Shown here piece after piece: positions 36,001-40,515 of a DNA stretch of 40,515 nucleotides (position 1 is its first letter; each line of letters begins with the position of its first letter). The stretch spans positions 1 through 40,515 of the forward strand of contig JAPLLU010000087.1 of the NCBI GenBank assembly GCA_026387385.1. Reading direction: 5' to 3'. A program made the position numbers and the translations under genes. Below the pieces are notes generated by a model. That model worked only from the letters and a program-made list of their open reading frames with translations. It was not told the DNA's origin and made no database searches. The stretch is from Candidatus Omnitrophota bacterium (GTDB lineage Bacteria > Omnitrophota > Gorgyraeia > Gygaellales > Profunditerraquicolaceae).

Positions 36001-39000
36001 ACTAATTGTTATTATCCAGGAGAAGAAATAGTATTTGGTGTAGAAAAGAAAGATGTCAAACCTACAGAATTCCAGTCATATTGTTTACTTAATAGAAGCG
36101 GAATAGTTCTGGTTGGTGAATACTTAGAATGCTGTATATTCACCGCCTTTAAGACTTGTGTGACACAAAAATTAAAGCATCACTTGAAAGCAAAGGTTAA
36201 TATTATTAGGGATGCCACTACGATGCGCCTGGAGGAGTATAAGGATAAAGACAAAACCGTCCCCGTTGTTAAGCGCTTACCGGTTGCGGCAGAATATCCC
36301 TACCGCACGGAAAATGAATTTAACACCTTCCTGAGAGAATTTCACATAGAGCATCCCGATATCAGAAAAGAACCCATAAGCTTTGAAGTTCTTATTGATG
36401 GCTATCCATTTTTTAGAGAAGGTAAAGGAGAGCCCGAGATCAGGCTGCACTGGATTTCAAGTACCGATAAATTCTTAAGGCAGCGCAGAAATAAAATTGG
36501 TTCAGCGGAAGCGGATAATATTCAATTTGATGGAGGCAGTAGCGCTGGATTATTAACAGAAGACGGCCGATTAAAATCCGATGTCTTAGAATATGTTTAC
36601 AATATCGATAAGCTTATTAACTTCGTCCACGATAAATCCGCTTTTAGTGAAGATCAGTTGCGTATGGAAATACGGAAGTATTGTAAACAGGCAATGAGCG
36701 AGAGATTTGTTAGGGCCTATAGAAAGGGTAAGATTATAGTTATGGTACCTGATCTGTCAGACCTTGACTTCATGGGGCTGGGCGATTACTTGGCATACAG
36801 TGGATTAATGAAAAAAGATGCTGAATATGTCCAGAATCATGAAGAGGAGATTGAAGAAATCCTCAAGTCTGGTACGCGAATATTGACTTTTAGAGCAAGA
36901 GATAAACAGGAAATACAGGCATCGCAATCGTTAAGAGATACAGAGATTATACCCCACAGACAGGCCTATGCAGGGTTATTTGCTGCTACTTTTGGCAAAG
37001 GCCTCGATCGTAACGCAACCTTAAATTTAGGTTATGAAGGATTTGATAAAGAGGCTTTGGGCTTGAAAGATATGCAGATGAAATTATACGATAATGCCAA
37101 CATGAGGTTAAAACAATTTATAAACTATATAGCAAGTAAGGATTTGATTAAGATTGAAGGCATGACTGAAGATGGCCAGCCTATTAGATTATATATATCC
37201 AGATCAGATTCTAAATCAGAAATATTTGCTTATCTCTTCAGGTTACAATTTAAGGTTTCCCAGGATTTCACTAAAGACAAAAAACCAATTATCCTTTTCT
37301 TTGCTCCAGAGTTGACGAACAATGCCTCAAGATACCTTTTCTTAGACCAGGGCGTTGGTTTCTGCTACGGGAAGGATTATTACGGAGAGATTACCGATAG
37401 TATTAAAATTTTAGCTCAACATAGGAACAAAGAAGCAGACATAGGTCAAGTGAGTTCCCATATAGAAGATTACTATAGCTTAGCGATTAACAGAGATTAC
37501 TTTGTTGATGACGATGGTTTGTTCCATCTGGAAGGAAAACAGTGGCCACTTATCGGAGCATTAGATTTTGACTTCCATCCGTATCTGGGAGATAAAGTTC
37601 TGACGCCGCAAGATAAGCTACATTATTCGCTAAATAAGGTTTTGGGTAATTTGGAACACTTCGCATCCAGGTGTGACGATTATACCCAGAAAACAATGAC
37701 TGAACTCAAAAGTATTGTTAAAAAATACTCGACACAAGTAATGAGCGAGGAATTTATTAGGGTAGCAAGAGAGGGTAGATACGTTGTGCTCTACAAAGAT
37801 CAACTTAGTTTTGATCGGGTTAAGGATTATATAAGGCTAGAAAAATTTGTATTAATGAAGGCTCGCGATATACAGAACAATGAAGATAGGGTATTAAAGA
37901 TATTATCTGAGGATAAGATAATTATATTAGATTGTAAGGCTAAGTTTTCGCCTGAAAATTTTGTACCGTTTACACGCCAAAAGGCCTATGCAGGAATCAT
38001 GGTTCCTTCAAACAGGAAATCTCGAGACAAAGAGCATACCATACATTTACCTTCCAATTTTACATTTGAAGATTATCTTAATCATCCTACTAAAAAGATG
38101 CTCTATTCTGAGGCGGACACAAGAATTAAAGAATTCACCAAATACATCCTCACCAAGGACCTTGTTAAGATTGAAGGTAGCCTGGGCGGGATTTTCCCGA
38201 TAAGACTTTATATCTCTAAGGCTGACCCCAGAGCTGAGAGATATGCCTATTTCTTCCGTTCGCAGTTTAGGGCACCGCTTGAAAAATTACCTAAAGGCAT
38301 GATGATGATGCAGCCATTAACGTTAGTTTTTGCACCCGAATACAAGACTAACGAGGCTTCCAAATATATGTTTTTGGAACAGGGACTGGGTTTGTGCTGG
38401 GGCATGGATTATGGCGGTGAGATCAAGAAAGGTTTCTTGACTATGGGTAATTACGAAGCGCGTAAGCTTGATTGGTTAGGTTTACACGCTGGCTTAAGGA
38501 TGGTTACCTTAAGACATAAAGTCACAGGAGAGATTCTAAGGTTAACACAGGTATTCTTTGGCTTATCCGGCTCGGGTAAGACTACCTACTCAACGAGTGA
38601 ATTAGGATTAAATGAGGCATTAAGAAAACAGTATTCTGATTGGGAAATCGTTGTTGACGAAACCGGACTGGTCAATGACGACATGCTCTATTTAGTAACG
38701 AAAGATACAGAATTCAATGGCAAACTATATAAGAAAGGCCAGATTGTCGGAACAGAAACCAATGTTTTTGCTATTATCTCTAAGCTTAAACAGAAACAGC
38801 AGCCTGAGGTTTGGGATGCAACCTTTAATAATTACTTCTGCTATCTGGAGAATGTGGACTACACAATTGGCTCAGATGGTTTATATACTGTCAATGTGAT
38901 GAATGATATTCCTTCCGGTAACATGCGCGTAACAGCGGTAAGAGACGCTATAAACACAAAAGCCCAAAAATCATTACCCTTGGAGACTCCATCATTTGAG

Positions 39001-40515
39001 GAAAAAGCTAGAATTCAATTTATATTTTTATCGCCAATGATTAACAATTACATACAAGACCCATGGATGGATGGATTACCTATTCAAAAGCTTACTCCTG
39101 GACAGGCAGCCCTTGCTTTGATTGCCGGCATATCTGTGAAAACTCCTGCCTCAACCCACATTGTAGAAAACTGGGGTAAGTCAGCTATTTCACGCTTCTT
39201 CAATCCATTTACACATGGAGACCCAGTACTATACGTCTCAGATTTTTACAACTTCCTACAGGAAAACCCTGATAGAGTCAGTGCCTGGATAGTCAACACC
39301 CGCGCAGGGCAAAAAATGAATGAAGATGGTTCTTTCGATTCAGCCCACAGAATTCATATCCCCCAGAGCGTGCGAAACGTCTTACACGCCACATTGGAAG
39401 GTTTAGGTTTAGAAAAATTAAACTATAGGCAACACCCAGTGATGAGAACGCTCATTCCCGAAATCAAAGATAATGATTTAAGCGGGCTTAAAATAGGCGA
39501 ATTCAGCCAAGAAGAGAGATGGCGTTCTCCCGATGATTTCCGAAAAAGAATTATTGTCTACGCCAAGAAGAATTTCCCTGGATTGCCAATAGAGGTACTT
39601 AATGCCTTTGGAAAGGAAGAACAAGAGGAAAAGAATGATGGTGGAAGAGTAGGTTACGGGTCTCAGGCCGCAGGCTACAGGTATCAAGAAGATGTTCGAT
39701 ACGATGGCGGTATCCCAATTGAAAAACTCATTGCCCACAGAATAGAAAGTAAAGAGCAGTTAGAAGACGCCGTCAAAAACGGTATAGAGAGAGTAGAAAT
39801 TGATGTGCAGCTAACCAAGGATAATGAGTTAGTAGCTTTCTGGGGAAAATTAAAAGACGGGTTTGTTTATGATTATACATCGCAAGAATTAGAAAAAATG
39901 TTAGAAAAAAATTTACTCAATTTAGAAAGGGCTTTCAAAGTTGGCAAGGAAGAAAATCTTAAGTTCAATTTGGATATTAAAGATTGGGCCTCTGAAAAAT
40001 ATATTGAATATGAAGAAAAAGTGCTGGATAAAATTAAAGAATTGATAGAAAAATATAATCTTCAAAATCAAGTATCAGCGGATTCATTCAATTGGGGTTA
40101 TCTGGGAAGATTAAAGCAGCTAGCCTCTTACGTAAACACATACTTGGGCACTGAAAAGGAATTCAAGGATTTAGAAGTGATAATTAAAGAAGCAAAGAGG
40201 ATGAATGCTTCTGGTGTATGGATTTATTCTGAAAATTTGTCCCTCGAGCTCACAAAGAGATTACATCGAGAAAATTTAAAAATAATCACTAATTTTGAAG
40301 GCCTAAGGGAGGAATTTAAAGCAGAAGTAGATTTAATAGTCAAAAATTTTGTTAACGAGAGAGAATCCGCTCCCGCCAGGCTCTTACCTGACGGCGGCAA
40401 TATAATCCTACCTCCAAGCACCACTATCCCCAGCCTCAGCGGTTACAATAAAGCCAACTTTAAAGGTAAAATCATCTTTATAAGAGTAGATTTCAATGTC
40501 TCAGATGAGACCGGC
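1..40515 (+). CDS. Giant multidomain membrane-anchored protein, partial at both ends (at least 13,505 aa, frame +1)
   Basis: Frame +1 reads RVTESPLTPAEESEMLAYFA... through ...RVDFNVSDETG with no stop found in line-by-line translation. The ORF track has no frame +1 ORF despite an ATG at 43, as expected if the frame never terminates. About 20 recognisable domains all lie in this frame. Confidence 0.96.
16..243 (+). repeat. Two copies of a 39-aa (117-bp) coding repeat, probably continuing upstream
   Basis: PLTPAEESEMLAYFAAHPELQPGDIFTLSTGRIVRIV (from 16) vs PLTSEEESEMIAYFAAHPELRPGDVFILSTGRIVHVV (from 133). Confidence 0.92.
262..492 (+). repeat. 11 x 21-bp tandem repeat encoding the heptapeptide I-x-L-[QK]-P-[DE]-T
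   Basis: IILQPET IVLQPET IVLQPDT IILKPDT IELKPDT IILQPDT IMLKPET IEIKPDT IIARADT IVAKADT IKANADT. Confidence 0.95.
1201..2148 (+). other. Domain: clan GH-A TIM-barrel glycoside hydrolase (GH2-TIM/GH158-like)
   Basis: IRGVTY, GINTVRTY, HPAILMWEFGNE (acid/base Glu at 1570), KPVYLSETGAD (nucleophile Glu at 1828), WQDEWWK, NEEYWG. Confidence 0.85.
4393..4455 (+). other. Transmembrane helix followed by a basic stop-transfer segment
   Basis: WLLVVGMTVATVGFFAGLILL then GKRAEKKARD. Confidence 0.8.
4720..8690 (+). other. Domain: FKS1/callose synthase-like 1,3-beta-glucan synthase (GT48) with FKS1_dom1-like region and two TM clusters
   Basis: Collinear FKS/CalS-like motifs: AKEFRFSNPSVIWY, TFEDVEDRF, KTYSD, TM cluster (~5480-5900), ERIQRFIGAWYMRMP..LPSLTAIITCFDE, GKTIGQNAGVEYARGDIVLFFDSN..FEEAIRIPAVLAEF, FYGH, SEDLLG, HREYILFGKGRE, TM cluster (~7560-8620), LMPVFGHP..FLNWL. 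Confidence 0.88.
8971..10104 (+). other. Domain: GT4 (GT-B) glycosyltransferase
   Basis: SGGVETY, WHGG, NRIHQYKG, CDIVVLPTYAEGLPLVLLEA (EX7E at 9817-9843), ETGVLV, MGKAGRQ. Confidence 0.93.
10594..11190 (+). other. Domain: protein-kinase-like fold (1)
   Basis: IGEGIEFVVY (Gly loop), VVK, GLWMMDNSVFKNYG (catalytic loop-like), FMDLG (DFG-like). Confidence 0.65.
11260..13250 (+). other. pgi: Domain: glucose-6-phosphate isomerase-like with an extra C-terminal SIS-like domain
   Basis: GIGG (11467), SKSGSTDET, VGGRW, EQNFNES, QPYVELGK (12631), GTGDQH (12961). Confidence 0.82.
13531..15720 (+). other. Domain: alpha-D-phosphohexomutase (phosphoglucomutase/phosphomannomutase-like)
   Basis: FSTAGIR, TSSH (phospho-Ser loop, 13999), DPDSDR (metal loop, 14560), VGFK, EESGG, FRPSGTDPLKSKIY. 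Confidence 0.9.
16066..16940 (+). other. Domain: UPF0489-like (arginase/deacetylase-fold) putative metallohydrolase
   Basis: PVLISENH, LVNFDLHSD, EIYWVVP, ISIDADYY, ITFSFS, GYLP. Confidence 0.65.
17014..18480 (+). other. prs: Domain: ribose-phosphate pyrophosphokinase with a duplicated N-terminal domain
   Basis: RFPDGEWYLRI, YSRQDKKFKEGEGVSA, LNIH, GPDDGA, DKVR, IIDDETSTGGT, VHG. Confidence 0.88.
18529..19614 (+). repeat. 81-bp direct repeat pair (18529-18609 and 19534-19614) starting two TM+HEAT modules
   Basis: NQSNKFYSFFPFTFLSVGSIPVISDII vs NQSTKFYSFLPLAFLSAGSIPVISDII, clearly similar at the DNA level. Confidence 0.88.
18730..19404 (+). repeat. About 7 PBS-lyase-type HEAT repeats (31-33 aa)
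   Basis: Consensus VRxxAAxALGELGDSRAVEPLIERLxD with near-identical DNA units; about 2 more diverged units at ~20090-20300. Confidence 0.93.
20536..21290 (+). other. Domain: class II nucleotidyltransferase (CCA-adding/poly(A) polymerase-like)
   Basis: LVIGGAVRSIFFDENVYDFDI, LEVD, LEDLLQGRI, ILRLLRL, GLEIDPQT. Confidence 0.75.
21343..21840 (+). other. Domain: zincin-like module 1 (HExxE ... H)
   Basis: AHVGRERNSIYI beta-strands, KILVHESVE (21724), EDAHKVALE (His at 21802). Confidence 0.5.
21961..23970 (+). other. Domain: fucose-1-phosphate guanylyltransferase-like sugar-phosphate nucleotidyltransferase
   Basis: LPDP..VRGNG, LHGGGQSSRNP..GK, YGDALITF, WGT, FVEKP, DTFGDLV, WLDTG, TARIFP, RLFS; no GHMP kinase domain follows. 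Confidence 0.72.
24100..24570 (+). other. Domain: zincin-like module 2 (HExxE ... H)
   Basis: RAPP, IAFNAAENIFYIHP, LWRHEYSE (24397), EAAHAAA (His at 24445). Confidence 0.5.
26191..26930 (+). repeat. About three copies of an unrecognised ~95-aa helical repeat (third internally shortened)
   Basis: Units start at 26191, 26476 and 26758: GxxYExxQKExxxSIExFI...L(M/V)xxYP...L/F(Q/E)xALxxLG. Confidence 0.8.
27001..27735 (+). other. Domain: protein-kinase-like fold (2)
   Basis: FDEGSEAIIY, VAKR, HIPQPLG, YYYIFVEG, AQNII, KIDFG. Confidence 0.65.
27742..27867 (+). repeat. 126-bp direct repeat (DGG linker + PGK start), copy A
   Basis: Matches 40390-40515 except for one synonymous change (ctg/cta); a diverged partial copy starts at 29143. 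Confidence 0.95.
27808..29100 (+). other. pgk: Domain: phosphoglycerate kinase
   Basis: RVDFNV, SHNGRP, LENTRF, DAFGTAER.H, GFLMEKE, IIGGGPKVSEK, DIG, YNGNVGVEE, GGGDT, HCSTGGGAS. Confidence 0.95.
29110..29205 (+). repeat. Linker cassette copy B (ERKSAPAKLLCDGGNIILPLSTT...YNK)
   Basis: DNA similar to 40357-40452 (ERESAPARLLPDGGNIILPPSTT...YNK) and, from DGG onward, to 27742. Confidence 0.9.
29371..29910 (+). other. Domain: Nudix hydrolase / type 1 IPP-isomerase-like
   Basis: RELCHIDGTWHRSVFVFV, QQRSFKKELYPGAYDISVGAH, AAARELLEEL, YQEEEV. Confidence 0.88.
31969..32310 (+). other. Domain: GNAT acetyltransferase-like
   Basis: IGRVDF, YKGIGRALV (acetyl-CoA motif A), ADSFWLGLGF. Confidence 0.7.
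32965..33897 (+). other. arcC: Domain: carbamate kinase
   Basis: VIALGGNA, THGNGPQVG, ETQGAMGY, DPAFNNPTKPVGP, GWRRLVPSP, GGGGIPV, EAVIDKD, GSMGPK. Confidence 0.96.
33991..34645 (+). other. Domain: degenerate HisC-like large domain lacking the PLP lysine
   Basis: IHRYP, NILLAN, IVIHQGA (in place of IIDEAY), STFPQGLKLAGEPLAY (in place of RSFSKxxGLAGxRxGY), NPFNIN. Confidence 0.72.
34726..35886 (+). other. hisC: Domain: histidinol-phosphate aminotransferase-like (fold I PLP enzyme)
   Basis: PYIPGK, KLSSNENP, GNGASE, NPRNPLG, DEAYYEF, RSFSKILGLAGMRAGY (Lys at 35482), SGNFL, IRVSLG. Confidence 0.92.
35893..36480 (+). other. Domain: isochorismatase/cysteine-hydrolase-like (divergent)
   Basis: IVLVGEYLECCIFTA and VNIIRDAT resemble the catalytic-Cys segment of this fold. 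Confidence 0.45.
36580..37560 (+). other. Domain: degenerate duplicate of the PEPCK N-terminal lobe
   Basis: Parallels 37640-38450 (QAYAG/KAYAG, KDLIKIEG/KDLVKIEG, PIRLYIS, FAPE, FLDQG/FLEQG) but has DYYGEITDS in place of DYGGEIKKG and no P-loop. Confidence 0.82.
37642..39612 (+). other. pckA: Domain: ATP-dependent phosphoenolpyruvate carboxykinase
   Basis: KSRD, YGGEIKKG, LHAG, FFGLSGSGKTT, VNDD, GTE, LENV, GNMR, FFNPF, VNT. Confidence 0.9.
39724..40350 (+). other. Domain: glycerophosphodiester phosphodiesterase-like
   Basis: LIAHR, VEIDVQLTKDNELV, NLDIK, SFN, VDLIV. Confidence 0.8.
40357..40515 (+). repeat. Linker cassette copy C + start of a second PGK domain, truncated by the window end
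   Basis: ERESAPARLLPDGGNIILPPSTTIPSLSGYNKANFKGKIIFIRVDFNVSDETG; 40390-40515 matches 27742-27867 bar one base. Confidence 0.93.

Noticed and set aside
168-40424. All short ORFs in the supplied track (minus strand and + frames 2/3)
   Set aside because: They overlap the continuous frame +1 that carries recognisable domains, and they read as antisense or off-frame shadows with no motifs.
1-40515. Operon of separate genes, or stop-codon reassignment producing apparent fusions
   Set aside because: No TAA/TAG/TGA was found in frame +1, so there is nothing to read through; Trp is encoded by TGG and linkers are coding.
1-40515. NRPS/PKS, RTX/adhesin, intein or mobile-element explanation for the ORF length
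   Set aside because: I saw no condensation, adenylation or ketosynthase motifs, no GGxGxD repeats, no intein splice motifs, and no transposase, integrase or RT motifs.
1-40515. RNA genes, promoters or terminators
   Set aside because: The window is fully coding and nothing supportable was seen.

Overview
The whole window is one uninterrupted reading frame (+1, 13,505 codons, no start or stop visible), i.e. an internal slice of a giant multidomain protein gene. The ORF track missed it because it never closes; all listed ORFs are in other frames. Hand translation gives this order: short repeats; clan GH-A glycoside hydrolase; unknown beta-rich region; TM helix; an apparently full-length FKS1/callose-synthase-like (GT48) beta-1,3-glucan synthase; GT4; kinase-like; PGI-like; phosphohexomutase; UPF0489-like; PRPP synthetase; two TM/HEAT modules; CCA/poly(A)-type nucleotidyltransferase; zincin-like; fucose-1-P guanylyltransferase-like; zincin-like. 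It continues with a run of modules punctuated by a DGG motif (15 copies): unknown domains, kinase-like, PGK, Nudix, GNAT, carbamate kinase, HisC (plus degenerate copy), isochorismatase-like, PEPCK (plus degenerate N-domain), GDPD-like and the start of a second PGK. The architecture resembles the giant proteins known from Omnitrophota (inference). The most notable points are a eukaryote-type glucan synthase in a prokaryotic polyprotein, a candidate processing motif between domains, and normally oligomeric enzymes carrying a degenerate partner domain in cis. Domain boundaries are approximate and come from motif recognition by eye, not from database searches.
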